Shown piece after piece: positions 9,921-35,939 of a stretch of DNA of 64,000 bases. This DNA is from Mustelus asterias (Eukaryota): assembly GCF_964213995.1 (NCBI RefSeq), contig NC_135812.1, positions 103,044,001 through 103,108,000 on the forward strand, read 5' to 3'. The position numbers and the translations under genes are program-made. How positions within the stretch are numbered: position 1 is the first letter of the stretch; every line of letters starts with the position of its first letter. The notes under the pieces are model-generated. The model had not been told where the DNA came from and did no database searches. It saw only the letters and a list, made by a program, of their open reading frames with translations.

Positions 9921-11416
9921 CAGCAATATGACATTCGGGCTGTAACTTCTGAGGAGGCAGCAGTTTTCATGGTATTGCTTGAATGGTCTTTTTTAAATCT
10001 CAAGACCCACGTTCACATCTGAATTTTGCTGGATGCGATGTGAGTTTCTGCCAGTTGAGGGCCAAATGAGTAAAGTCCCATTCATGAAACCAGAGTACAA
10101 AACTGCCCCTAGTGTGGCACAAATCTAGACTACAGTCACTTTCCTGAACTGGAACATCCCATCTTTCCATTTCCCATAAGAGATGGTGATCTAATGAAGT
10201 TGAAATTTGATGCTTGATTTATTGGACATTCAATTTGTGCTCTGCCTAACCTGAAGGGTTGAGTTTGGAAGCCTAGTAACAAAATGAATGTGAACACTAG
10301 TTGTTTAAAAATAACTCCCATTTGGCTTGTGGGGTAGGGAAGGAAAGACCATGTAGAACACATTTCAGGAAAGGATTGTGCCCCACAGGACCAAGGATAG
10401 TAATGACTAATATGTACAAATGGCTTTGAACAGAACCATATTTTATTAAAATTTGGGGGGGGAAGAAATACCACAAGTAAACACTTCACTAACAATTTAA
10501 TGGTGAAATTTAAGAAGCATTGATATGTTTACTATCATTAAAAAGTAACATTGGATAATGAACAATTAAAATCTGCAATCCTGTGAAATTTGACCATTTG
10601 AGCAACTGTGCCTAGCACCTGCTAGGGTCTTGAGCAAGGAAAGTTTTGAACTTGCAGAGCAAAGCCCCCTTAACTGTCCATAATTTGCAGGGTCTGTTTT
10701 TCTGAAAATATTATGACCTTGATATTGAACCCGACCACACATGGGAAAGGTTCAAGGATGGCGAGATTTAGAGACGGAGCACTTAATATATAATTGGCCT
10801 TCCACAATGCACTTGTCTGAATTAAAATGCTTGGGTTTTCCAAGGGCTGGTAAACTATGCCACTGTACACTGCCTGTAAAGGGAGATGGGGCTTGCCTTG
10901 TTAAACACAATTAGTTCCTCCTGAAGCCCAGAGAAGTTGCCACCAACATAAGGAAGCAACAGTCCATACTGTGGACAAATGAGCAATGGCATTTGTATTG
11001 ATCTACTAGATGCTCAAGTTTTATACAGTTCAAACGAACAATACGCTGAAGGCTAAAATCTACAGTAATAACTATTGCAACTATCTATTTGGGCAAAATA
11101 GATGAATGATAGGAGAAACAACCGTGTGCTCTGTAGTGATGTTAGGAAATATGACCATTGGTATTGTTCTACCCAGTGCAATAATAGTCATTAAAAACTT
11201 GTGAAATATTTTTGGCTTCAAAAGTTGACTATTTTTGAACTGACCAAACCTATTCAGTTCTTTTCAGGGTCTTGATCTTGTATGGCAGTTAATTGAAGAA
11301 ATATATTCCCCTTAGAAGATTAACATTTTCATTATCAAAAGAATGGGGTGGCCTATCTGCAAAACACCAGATCATTGACACTTTTATACAGTCTGCCAGC
11401 CATAGCAACTGGAACT

Positions 11417-11738
11417 AGGAATATTGAAATCCCTACAGTGCAGAAAGGAGCTATTTGGCCCATTGAGTCTGCACCAACTCTCCAGCAGAGCATCCTACCC
11501 TATCCCCCTTCACCCCACTTCTTTAATTCTCTAATCCCCTAACCTACATATCCTGGGATACAAAGTGGCAATCAACCTCACCTGTATATCTTTGGACTGT
11601 GTGGGAAGAAACCAGAGCACCCAAAGGAAATTCACAGACATGCGGAGACTGCAAACTCCACAAGAAGGTCACTCAAGCCCTGAATTGAACCTGGGTCCCT
11701 GGCACTGTTTCTCAGTGGTGCTTGCCATTGTGCCACCC
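11417..11738 (-). mobile_element. HE1/V-SINE-type SINE
   Basis: Same consensus, reversed. Confidence 0.8.
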
Positions 11739-12166
11739 TAAATAAAAATAGTAAAGCACTTTGTTCCTGAGTGGGATGACAAATTTTAGGTTAACCCTTT
11801 TTAGGTTAGAGTTGAGAGCTGGTTGCTAAGTATATGGTTGGGTGATATGATGGGAGTTCATATATATTTATTACCTAGACTTGGTAACACAGGGCATAGT
11901 TACAAAGTTTGCAGATAACATCAACCTTGGAAATATAGTTAAGTGAGGAGGATAATCACAAGATTCTTGCAGAATATCAACAGATTAAACTGTTAACATT
12001 CTTCACCACAGCCTCTTCACTTTACCTTCTCAAGCTTACTCTCCAGCACATTGCTTCAACAATTGGCATGGTGATGTAGAGAGTGGAACTGGTGCTGCTC
12101 CCTTGTGGCTGTGTCTATGCATATGCAGTGTGCTGGCTGTGAGCTGCACATGCAGATACCAGCAAT

Positions 12167-12553
12167 TAGAAACATTGAAAACTACAGCACAAAACAGGCC
12201 CTTCGGCCCCACAAGTTGTGCCGAACATATCCCTACCTTTTAGGCCTACCTATAACCCTCCATCCTATTAAGTCCCATGTACTCATCCAGGAGTCTCTTA
12301 AAAGACCCTATTGAGTTTGCCTCCACCACCACTGAAGGCAGCCGATTCCACTCGCCCACCACCCTCTGTGTGGAAAAACCTACCCCTAACATCTCCCCTG
12401 TACCTACCCCCCAGCACCTTAAACCTGTGTCCTCTCGTAGCGGCCATTTCCACCCTGGGAAAAAACCTCTGAGTCCACCCGATCTATGCCTCTCAACATC
12501 TTATATACCTCTATTAGGTCTCCTCTCATCCTACGTCTCTCCAAGGAGAAAAG
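12167..12553 (-). mobile_element. CR1 LINE 3' fragment
   Basis: Near-identical reverse complement of 19070-19450. Confidence 0.85.
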
Positions 12554-12575
12554 CAAGAGAGAAATGTGGAATGGT

Positions 12576-13311
12576 TGGTGACCCTGATATCAAAACCAAG
12601 GTGCACATAATTGGAAGAGACTGAAACCCCAGGAAATAGTTTGTTATTGATGGAGTCAGATTAAATTCAACACAATTGATAGTGTTTGTTTTGATCTGAA
12701 TTAATGCAGGGTTCTGTTGTTTTGCTTCCCCTGGGATATTGCAGAGTGGGGCTTGATTGGGTTAATTGACAGGTAAAGTCACATGATTGGGTACTGCTAG
12801 GCTTTCATAAAGAACTTGAGGCAATCTGCTTTGTGAAATCTTTAGAGAGAGGTTGCTTTCTCTGTACCTCTGGTTCTGTCCTGAAGTGAGGACTGGAACT
12901 GGCCAAGAAATAAGCTTCTTTCTCAAGATTCCACTGTCTGGAGGTGCTGCATAAGAATTTGAAGACAAGTATCTGTCTGGATCACTCTCCCATAAGTATT
13001 TTTGGTTTCTGTGCTAAAGATTCTAAAGAAGGGATGTGGGGTGTGAGATACTGCTAAATTGGAATAGAGATAACTACCTGTTGAGAATTATATTTTGTCA
13101 GGTTGGTTGATAAAAGTTATGCTAATTCTTTTTGTTATATTCTAACTGTTTTTAAATAAAGTTTGTTTTGATAAAAGCTTCCATGTTGGTCACTTGAATC
13201 AGACCTGGAGTGAAACACCTTATGCTCACCCAAATGCCAATATCAAATATAAAACTTAAGGTCTAGGCTAACTTCACAGTACACCTGATGTTTCTGATCT
13301 GGTCCTTAACA
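12576..13311 (+). mobile_element. Probable solo LTR
   Basis: Ends in TAACA and contains AATAAA; 3' half homologous to about 47230-47420. The 5' boundary is approximate. Confidence 0.55.
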
Positions 13312-15410
13312 GGGTTAATGTGGACTATGTGAATGTGGTAAATAAGATTGAGCTGCAGACACAGATTGCTATGTAGGAATATGTTGTGGCTATAGCATCT
13401 GGCTCTAAGAAGAGCAAGACTGGGTACTAAAGATTCTTAACTCCAAGGTGTTCTGGGAAGGAAATCAATAAGGCGAGGTAACAGTATTAAAGTGAACATT
13501 ACAGTTCTAGAGGGAGGCCAACCCAGCCCCAAGGATAGAATCTATTTGGTTAGAGTACCGTTACATTACTGCATTTATTTATAGGACACCAATTAGTGGA
13601 AAAAATGTAGAGGAACAAATTGCAAGGAAATTAGGTTAAAGAATGTTATATTCTAATATAGTGACATAAAGGACAGAAATGGGCAAGAATTTAGAGAATT
13701 CAGAATGATTTTTCTGCATCAGTTTTTTTTTGTGTTTTAATGAGTAGACAAATTGAATAATCTGCAATTGTCTTTAGAGAATGAGTTGGGTCAAGTGTCA
13801 ATGCATTTAGGGAACATTTAGCAAACAGTGAACATAGTTTTGTAAGGTTCAGGTTGAAAAGGACAACGATCTATCCAGAGTAAAAATAATTTATTGGGAG
13901 GGAGTTAATGACAAATGGGTGAGAACAGATCTGACCCAATTATATTTGGATCAAACCTGTAACCGAACATCAGGCTGTTTTTAAAGAGGAGATGATCGGG
14001 TACAGTCCAAGTACTATGCAGAAAGGCAAGATCAACAAATCCAGAACTCCATGAATGGCAAAAGAGAGATAAAGCAGGAAAAAAAATGCATAGCTCCAGA
14101 TGTCCAGTAGATAATACAATTGAGAACCAAGCTCAACATTAACTGTTCAGAGGGGAAGTAGAAAAACAAACAAGAAGCAAAGAGAATAAGAAACCCAACT
14201 GCTAACATGAAAGGAAATCCAAAAGTCTTCTATAGGCATTAATAGTAAGGGGACGATCAGAGTAAAGTTCATTTATTAGTCACAAGTAAGGCTTATATTA
14301 ACACTGCAATGAAGTTATTGTGAATTCCCCTAGTCGCCACACTCCAGCACCTGTTCAGGTCAATGCACCTAACCAGCACATCTTTCAGACTGAGAGGAAA
14401 CCGGAGGAAACCCACACAGACACGGGGAGAACGTGCAAACACCAAACAGCCAGTGACCCAAGCCGGGAATTGAACCCGGGTCCCTGGTGCTGTGGGGCAG
14501 CAATGCTAACCACTGTGCCGCCCCCAGAGTGGGGCCAATTGGGGACCTAAAGGAGAATTTACACATGATGCTGCCCAAGTCATAGTGAAAAAAATAGAAA
14601 AGACACTGGATGGGATAAAAACTGATAAGTGGTATTACATTGACTAGCTGTACTTACCAAGTTGTTATCATAGCTAGAAAAGTTGTATCCAAGATTACAG
14701 AAGGTAGTAAGAGTAGGAATTTCAACAACACTGGCTGTAATTTTCAATGTTTCTTGGAATGTAGGGGAGGTGTTCGAGGACTAGAGAATTGCAAACATCA
14801 CATCTTTGTTCAACAAATTGGTGTAAGGATGAGACCAGTCAGTTTAACCTCAGTGCTGGGAAATTACAGACACAATTAAACGACTCCAGTAAATGGGGAT
14901 GAATTAAGGAAATTCTAAACAGGTTAGGGAAAATCATGCTTAACTAAGTTGCTTCAGCTTTAGGTAGCGTTAACATAGGCTATTGTGGTGTACATGGACT
15001 TTTAAAAGTCATTTGCCAAAGTGCATGTAACAAGCTTGACAGCAAAGTTAGAACTCGGGGAAGAAAAGGGACAACAGCAGCATGGATACAAAACTGGCTG
15101 AGTGACAGGAAACAGGGTACTGGTGAATAGTTGTTTTCAGACTGGGGGTAGGTATATACCCCCAGGGATCAGTGTTAAGAGCAAAGCAACAAAGACAGAA
15201 GGAAAAACTTTATTCAGTGAATGGTTAGAGTCTGGAATGCACTGCCTGGGAATATGGTGGAGGCATATTCAATTGAGACCTTCAAAGGAGAATTGGATAA
15301 CTGTTTAAAGAGAAAATAATTGCAGGGTTACAGGGGAATGGGACTAGGTGAGTTACTCTTGCAGAGAGTGGCATAGGTATGATCAATTGAATGGCCTTTG
15401 TATGTAATTC
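13312..15410 (+). mobile_element. Old, degenerate CR1-type LINE interrupted by a SINE
   Basis: Remnants of [10 protein letters not shown] and GKSCLT coding sequence, and a CR1-like 3' end. Confidence 0.65.
14264..14524 (-). mobile_element. tRNA-derived V-SINE variant
   Basis: Reverse of GGCGGCACAGTGGTTAGCATTGC..; tail shared with 22095-22366 and 3346-3408. Confidence 0.8.
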
Positions 15411-18400
15411 AATACAAAAGTTAATTCCCAAATCCTATTTTGACCTGCTGCTAAAAATCTGAAAAATGGTCCATCATGTTTTGGAATTTTAATTCTAAGT
15501 TTATGCCAGGTACATAACCTTGATTCAAGTTCAATAACTACTTCACGCAACTTATCTTTAAATCTCCTGGTAGTCAGAATTATCTAGTTCTACCAGATCC
15601 AGATAAATCTATTGAGATTGAACAGGAAACACCTATTACGGGTTAGTCAAATATATCACATATGATACCAGAAGGTAGACAAATTGAATAATCTGCAGAG
15701 ATTGTTGGACTTTGGAGTGCAACCTTTAAAATGACCTCTATGTTACTGTCAGCTTATTGCGCTGGATGGTGTATTGCCCACAAGAACAAGTTTGAACATT
15801 GGACAAACTGGCACAACTAAAATAGAGAAAAGGAGAAACAAGAAGAGTTGAACGTCAGCAAGATCTCTCCAAACCAACTTCAAGACCGACCACAGGAAAC
15901 ACCAGTACTGAAATCCTCAAAACATGCCTGATATATGAAAGGATTGGCAATCAGTTCCAACTCATATACCAGAATTGCGAAAGTGCTGAAGGTACAATGC
16001 AAGGAATTCCAGGGCACCCAGTACTGGAATTCATGGGATTCCAAGGCACCCAGTACTGATGCCTCATATATCAATTAATCTAAAACAGGGCAAAGTGAAA
16101 CAGTAAAATTACACCAGTGCCCCTTGACTAGGGTGGGAAGATATAATTAGCCATAGTCCCAGCTATTGATTGCTGCTTTGTGATTGTAATTTCATGAAAG
16201 GGTCCAGTCCTGTTTGTCCAGAGAGTTTAATTCAACACTTCACTCATTATTGTGATCAGATCCCTGATAAGTAACCTTCAGGAGGAAATTATAAAGTAAA
16301 TTGACATCCAGAGCACTTTGTAACAAAGCATTCTGTGTACCTTGCTAAATATAGTGAATGTACATGCCTTCTGTTCAAAAAGGGCCCACTTGTAAATTAA
16401 TGAATATATCTGTTTTACACGTTATCCATATCTCAAATGTTTTAGATATCTTATTTAAGCTGGTGTGCTGAAAGTCTGCACTTTGTGCGGATATCAATTT
16501 ATTGCAGAATGGATATATCGGGGTGTTAAACCAATCATGATTTTGTGAGAGCAATTTCCGCTCACTCTGATGGATTTCTGTAATTAATGATTAGTTCTTG
16601 CAATACTCCAAGGCACTAGCAACAGTTGCTCATTGTGTTATCAAAAGTGCAGAAAAACAAAGTGTAAAATGTTTTTGCTCATTTAAACAAGAAATAGAAA
16701 GTGGAGATGGCGGATTGACACATTATTTTACATCAAGAATGAGTTGAATATAAAACATTAACTCTTTCCAATTGACATGTTTTCATTTATTGGTTTGTTC
16801 ATTATTTAATAGATCGGATATGTTTTTTTTACAATGAGGTAAGTATTATACTCTATTGATATTGTATTGGATGATTAAAAAGCCTTTGGTTCATTGCACG
16901 TATCAGTAACAAGTTCCTCCTGATACTGTGTTGGTGTTTATTGAAATGTCAAATATTTCAATTACTATTTTTTAAAGGCCAGTATTATTTTTGTGGCGGC
17001 TAATGTGATGAAAATGGAAGTAATCAACATTAGAGAATGCAGTATTAACAGGGAGCTTTCTTTAGAGTTTATCCAACAAGTAGTGACAGTATTTCCCAGG
17101 TTAGGGTAATATTCATCTGCTGGCAATGAATTCCAAACAATAATGCAGCGCAAGATTCTCCTTCCTGAGTGCAATGAGGGATACATTCTGCAACATTTGG
17201 CGATTTAGATCTGAATATTTATTTGTAAAACACCAAGGGCACCATATTTGATTGTGTGAACTGGAAAGAATTAAATAAACTGATTTAAACTGAGTGGCGT
17301 TTGGAAACTATCATTGAGATGGCTTTAATCAGTAAAATATGATACTGCAGAGGGAATGAGGAAGATTCCCTAAAACAAAAGCAGGAATTTGAACTTGTAA
17401 TGATAAAAAAAAAATCAGTTCATTCAGAAATATTTCAATGCTGCATTTGGGACATATTTAACAAAAACAAACCATGCTGTGTAGAAATTGGTTGCCATGT
17501 TCCTGACATAGTGACCCCCTTCAAAAAAAATTCACTGGCTTTGAAACTTCCAGTGGTTTGAAAAGCACTATACAAATGCAATTCTCATTTTGTATTTACT
17601 TAGCAGCCCTCTGAAATGGCCCAGGAAGCCACTGGGTAAAACAGCTACACACTGTTCAAAAGAAAGCCCACTCCCACCTTCCTGAGGGCAATTGTGAATA
17701 GACAATAAATAAATGTCAACATTTCCATTGATACCAACAACCCTAGAATGATTATATAATCAGATGTTTTTCTGTTGAGTAAATTTAATGAATGCAACTC
17801 TTGAATTTACATCTGAATGATAAATTGTCAAGATTTACAAAGGAAATGGTGAACTAACCTGGTAAGTTGCTATTTTGCTTTGAACCAATTGAATTTCAAT
17901 TGTATGTTGCAAACCTATCTAAGACCGTAACCATAGTAAACATGACGTTTATGAGCAATTGATTCAGCTGAAAAGTAGGTGTGCTGTGGAATTATTCATC
18001 TCAAAATGGTGCTGTGTCATTGAAAAGGTGAGGAACCACTGCTCTAGATCATGGAGCTGCTCAAGACTAATAGCTACTGTTAGCCTAAAATACATATTTG
18101 ATTCAAGTGCATAGTAAAATACCAGAATTATTGATCAGTGTGGAAAAACCTGTTCTGGTCTTAAATTTGCTTTCCAAAATTGAGCTAATGTCCCTTGTCC
18201 TAGTGTTATGGATTTACATTTAATATTCTTTCATACAGGAATACCTGCAAACCGAGACCCAAACCCAGCTCTTGCTTATAACATTTACCACGATGCATGC
18301 ACATAAAAATTTCATAGCCTCCCAGAACCAAATTAATAAATGGTGATTACACCATTAGTTTTAGCCCAAACACAGATTGCCATTCAATGATCATGGCTGA

Positions 18401-18840
18401 TCCTCCATTTTCATATTCCCACTTTCTGCCCATACCCCCGATGCCATTAAAATCTGAATTTTATCTCTTTGAATACATTGCAACTTCCACAAGTTCACTA
18501 CTCTTGAATGAAGAAATCTTTCCTCACCGCAAACCTAAATGGGCTATTCTATCTCCTGGTTATAGATTCCCCAACCAGGAAAAGTGACCTCCCTGCATCT
18601 AGCCTGTCCAGCTATGTTATAATTTTATACTTCTCAACTAGATCTCCCCACATCCTTCTAAAAACTTGTGAATGCAGACCCAGACAAACCACTCTCTCCT
18701 TCCTCATGACTGTCCCACCAACCCATTATCAACCTAGTGAACATCTGCTGTATTCCCTCTATGGCAAGAATATTTGCTCTTGATTCGAAAGGTCCTATAT
18801 ATATATATAAATAATATATCATATATTATTCTTATATCAT

Positions 18841-19460
18841 TATATGGTGTGCTGGCCTTTATCAATCGAGGGATTGAGTTTAGGAGTCCGGGGATAATGA
18901 TGCAGCTATATAAGACCGTCGTCAGACCCCACTTGGAGTACTGTGCTCAGTTCTGGTCGCCTCATTCCAGGAAGGATGTGGAAAAGATTGAAAGGGTGCA
19001 GAGGAGATTTACAAGGATGTTGCCTGGATTGAGTGGCATGCCTTATGAGGATAGGCTGAGGGAGCTTGGTCTTTTCTCCTTGGAGAGACGTAGGATGAGA
19101 GGAGACCTAATAGAGGTATATAAGATGTTGAGAGGCATAGATCGGGTGGACTCTGTGGCTTTTTCCCAGGGTGGAAATGGTTGCTATGAGAGGACACAGG
19201 TTTAAGGTGCTGGGGGGTAGGTACAGGGGAAATGTTAGGGGGAAGTTTTTCACACAGGGTGGTGGGCGAGTGGAATCGGCTGCCGTCAGTGGTGGTGGAG
19301 GCAAACTCAATAGGGTCTTTTAAGAGACTCCTAGATGAGTACATGGGACTTAATAGGATGGAGGGTTATAGGTAGGCCTAAAAGGTAGGGATATGTTCAG
19401 CACAACTTGTGGGACTGAAGGGCCTGTTTTGTGCTGTAGTTTTTCTATGTTTTCTGTTTC
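18841..19460 (+). mobile_element. CR1 LINE 3' fragment
   Basis: [31 protein letters not shown] plus 3' tail. Confidence 0.88.
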
Positions 19461-19483
19461 TATAACTGCAATAAAATGTTTCT

Positions 19484-21212
19484 GGTTTGTGAGAGGGAGG
19501 TCATGCCTCACGAACCTGGTGGTGTTTTTTGAAGAAGTGACCAAAATGGTTGACGAAGGAAGGGCCGTGGATGTTGTCTATATGGACTTTAGTAAAGCGT
19601 TTGACAAAGTCCCTCATGGTAGGCTAGTGAAAAAGGTTGGATCCCATGGGATAAAGGGGGAGGTGGCTAGATGGGTGGAGAATTGGCTTGGTCATAGAAG
19701 ACAGAGGGTGGTAGTGGAAGGGTCTTTTTCCGGCTGGAGGCCTGTGACTAGTGGTGTACCGCAGGGCTCTGTATTGGGACCTCTGCTGTTTGTGATTTAT
19801 ATAAATGATCTGGAAGAAGGAGTAACTGGGGTGATCAGTAAGTTTGCGGACGACACAAAACTGGCAGGACTTGCAGATAGTGAGGAACATTGTCAGAGGC
19901 TACAGAAGGATATAGATAGGCTGGAAATTTGGGCAAGGAAATGGCAGATGGAGTTCAATCCTGATAAATGCGAAGTGATGCATTTTGGTGGGAATAATGT
20001 AGGGAGGAGCTACACGATAAATGGAAGAACCATAAAGGGTGTAGAGACGCAGAGGGACCTGGGTGTGCAAGTCCACAGATCTTTGAAGGTGACGTCACAG
20101 GTGGAGAAGGTGGTGAAGAAGGCATATGGCATGCTTGCCTTTATAGGACGGGGCATAGAGTATAAAAGTTGGGGTCTGATGTTGCAGATGTATAGAACGT
20201 TGGTTCGGCCGCATTTGGAATACTGCGTCCAGTTCTGGTCGCCACACTACCAGAAGGACGTGGAGGCTTTGGAGAGAGTACAGAGGAGGTTTACCAGGAT
20301 GTTGCCTGGTATGGAGGGGCTTGGTTATGAGGAGAGATTGGGGAAACTGGGGTTGTTCTCCTTGGAAAGACGGAGGATGAGGGGAGACTTAATAGAGGTG
20401 TATAAAATTATGAAAGGCATAGATAGGGTGAACGGTGGGAAGCTTTTCCCCGGGTCGGTGGTGACGTTCACGAGGGGTCATAGGTTCAAGGTGAAGGGGG
20501 GGAGGTTTAACACAGATATCAGAAGGACATATTTCACACAGAGGGTCGTGGGGGCCTGGAATGTGTTGCCGGGCAAGGTGGTGGAGGCGGACACACTGGG
20601 AACGTTTAAGACTTATCTAGACAGCTATATGAACGGAGTGGGAATGGAGGGATACAAAAGAGTGATCTAGTTTGGACCAGGGAGCGGCGCGGGCTAATTG
20701 TTCCTGGTTTCTCGTTTCAAGGCTTCATTCTACGATCATCTTGCTGGTGCCAGTACAGAGTGATACTGCGGATAGTTGGGAACCTGTCTCGGGGGCAGGG
20801 GATTCATATGGTGTTCGTGGAAGTGGAAATGACTAGGGTTGGGAAGCATTTTCCGATCGGGGCCATTGTGATCTCCTGGACTCGTTTCGATCGCCTCAGG
20901 GGGTCGGAGAGGAATTTCCCAGATTTTCTTTTCCCCATATTGGCCCTGGGGTTTTTCACTCTGGGTTTTCGCCTCTCCCTGGAGATCACATGGTCTGGAA
21001 TGGGGGGGTGGGGGTAAGTTAATAGGTTGTAATGAACAAAGCATCGTAGCTGTGAGGGACAGCTCGGTGGATAGGATATTGGTATGTAGATAGGCTGGAA
21101 AATTGGGTGGGGATCCTGGATTCAGGATTCAATCCTGGACTGGGGAGCGGCGCGGGCTTGGAGGGCCGAAGGGCCTGTTCCTGTGCTGTATTGTTCTTTG
21201 TTCTTGTTCTTT
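19484..21212 (+). mobile_element. Young 5'-truncated CR1 LINE; reverse-transcriptase ORF open to 20670
   Basis: [44 protein letters not shown]; TTCTTTG-type repeat tail. Confidence 0.93.
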
Positions 21213-22094
21213 GAACTCAAATCCTCTTATCATTTGCCTAATAGCTTGCTGCACCTCTCCACTCATTGACTGGTATAGAAGTACACCCACACTTCCCACT
21301 ATCACCATCATTAAATAATACTCTTCCTGTCTCCTCTCCCCACCCGTGTGTAACTTATTTAGCCACATTGTACTGGATCTGCCATGTTTGCCCATTCACT
21401 CAACTGGAAGCCTCCTTACATCCTCCCCACAACGCCATCCAGTTTTGTAGTTACATTTGGTTCCCTCATTCAGGTCATATATCACATCATGAACAGTTGG
21501 GGCCCCCAAGCACTGACTAGTGTGATACCCCACTAAAAGAAAACGAATTTCTCTTTCCTGTCAACCAATTCTCAGTCTATGTCAACTACACCCAATCAAG
21601 TGTGCTTTAAATTTTGCCTACTAACCAAGGGACCTTATCAAAAGCCTTCTGAAAGTCCAAATATACCACATCCACTGTTTCTCCCTGTTAGTAACTCCCT
21701 CAAAAACAACTAGATTTAAGCACAATTTGCCCTTCAAAAATCTATGCTTGTTTTGTCCAATCCCATTAATGCTTTCCAAATGTTAGCACATTAATATTTT
21801 CCCCACTACTGGTATCAGGGCTGGTCTGTAACTTTCCCTTTTCTCAAATAATGTGGTTACATTTGCCACCCTCCAAATCTGTAGGAACTGCTCCAGAGGC
21901 CATTGAATTTTGGAAGATTACCACCATTGCATCCAATACTCCATTTCCTTTAATACTCTTGTAATTTCTTTTCAGCCTTTAACCAAGCCCTTTGGCCCAA
22001 CTTGTCCAAAGGGCAGCATGGACAAGTTGGGCCAAAGGGCCTGTTTCCATGCTGTAAACCTCTATGAACTTCTCCAGCACCATTGTCAAGTCCA

Positions 22095-22366
22095 GGTGGC
22101 ACAATGACTAGCACTGCTGCCTCAGTGCCAGAGACCCAGGTTCAATTCCTGGCTTGGGTCACTATGGAGTCTGCATATTCTCCCCATGTCTGTGTTGCTT
22201 TCTTCCAGGTGCTCCAGCTTCCTCCCAGTCTGAAAGATGTGCTGGTGAGTTGCATTGGCCAAGTTAAATTCTCCCTCAATGTACCTGAGCAGGCACTGGA
22301 GTGTGGCGACTAGGAGACTTTCAGTAACTTTATTGCAATGTGAATGTAAGCCTACTTGTGACAAAA
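22095..22366 (+). mobile_element. tRNA-derived V-SINE variant
   Basis: Homologous to 14264-14524. Confidence 0.78.
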
Positions 22367-23229
22367 ACAATTCCACCCACTTGGATTTTGTTCAAATATT
22401 TCTGGGAGGTTATTTGTTCCCTCTAATGAAGGCAAAACCAAGTGTTCAACTTTTCTGCCATTTCTTTGTTACCCACTACAATTTCCCTGGCTTACTGCAA
22501 GGGACATTTGTTTTCAATCTTTTCACATTTACAGAGCCTGTAGTTTCTATGCTAACTGCAAATTTTCTCTTATTGTTCCCCTCGGTCACATTTTTTGCTC
22601 TTGCTGAATTCTATAATGCTTCCAGTCCTCAGACATGCTGTTTTCTGGCAATTTTGTGTCTCCCGAATTTCTTATTTTTGCACCAGACAGGAGTAAATGA
22701 TAGTAACTCATGTACACAAAAGAACATGAACCATTGCCTATCCACCCCTTTAAAGTTCCCCAATCTATCCTTACCAATTCATGCCCAGTTTCCTTTATTT
22801 TAGATTCAGGACCCAAGCTTCAAATTTTACTTCACTCAGTCCTCAAGAATTCTATATTATGGTTGGTCTTCCCCAAGGCACAAAGTGATAATACTCAGTT
22901 CCCAGTTGAGAATAGTCTATTCTCTGGTTGGTTCCTCAAATTTGTCTCTACGAAAACCATCACACGCACTCCAGGACTGGAATGGTACAGTACAGGCCAT
23001 TACCAGTTTGGTTTGTCCAATCTAAAAGTTACCCATGATTGCAGTTGTACCCTTATTGCATTTGATTTTTTGTTTAATACCTTCCCTTACTTCCAGGGGA
23101 AGTAGACAACTCCTACATTTTCTGCCCCAACCACAAATGGGGTACTTTGTCAGGACATGCAGTCAAATGAACCATGTAAACTGAAGTGCATTAATTTAAG
23201 CTCAATCCCAAGGATTCATTTTTTTAATT

Positions 23230-23235
23230 TTTATT
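23230..23235 (-). terminator. Probable DDX5 polyadenylation signal AATAAA
   Basis: About 350 nt after the stop codon on the minus strand, followed closely by ATTAAA. Confidence 0.55.
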
Positions 23236-23588
23236 TAAAATGACACTGGCAGTTACATACATACAGAACTCCAAGACTTTCAAATTTCCTTATTGGAAGG
23301 ACATGCATCTTTACATACGCTGTGGTACTTTTTATGCATAAGTTAAACTTGTATAATATTAATCTGCCATTCTAATAGAAAAACACTAACAAAAAATTTC
23401 CAAGGAATGTAAAGTAACAAAAAAATTAAATAGTGGGGAAAGTGCACCAATCCTACTGCTGCACTGCAGTCTTTCCTGGAATATCAATGGTTTCTAATCT
23501 TAAAGAACTTTCTCATCCTCTCCTCAAACAAAAATGGTACAGTACAAGTCAGAAGAGAATGAAAAAACTCAACATCTAGTTCAATAAG

Positions 23589-35939
<12,351 letters not shown>

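Noticed and set aside
15975-16060. Short tandem duplication of GCACCCAGTACTG (and a 21-bp duplication near 54851) as a CRISPR-like array
   Set aside because: Only two copies, no spacer series, vertebrate DNA; explained by local slippage.
19393-20670. 425-aa ORF as an autonomous or domesticated reverse transcriptase
   Set aside because: It is a 5'-truncated CR1 lacking the endonuclease; the apparent N-terminus reads through the tail of the neighbouring CR1.
22255-23105. 182-aa and 131-aa plus-strand ORFs
   Set aside because: They start in a SINE or lie antisense to decayed LINE sequence; no recognisable domain or splice context.
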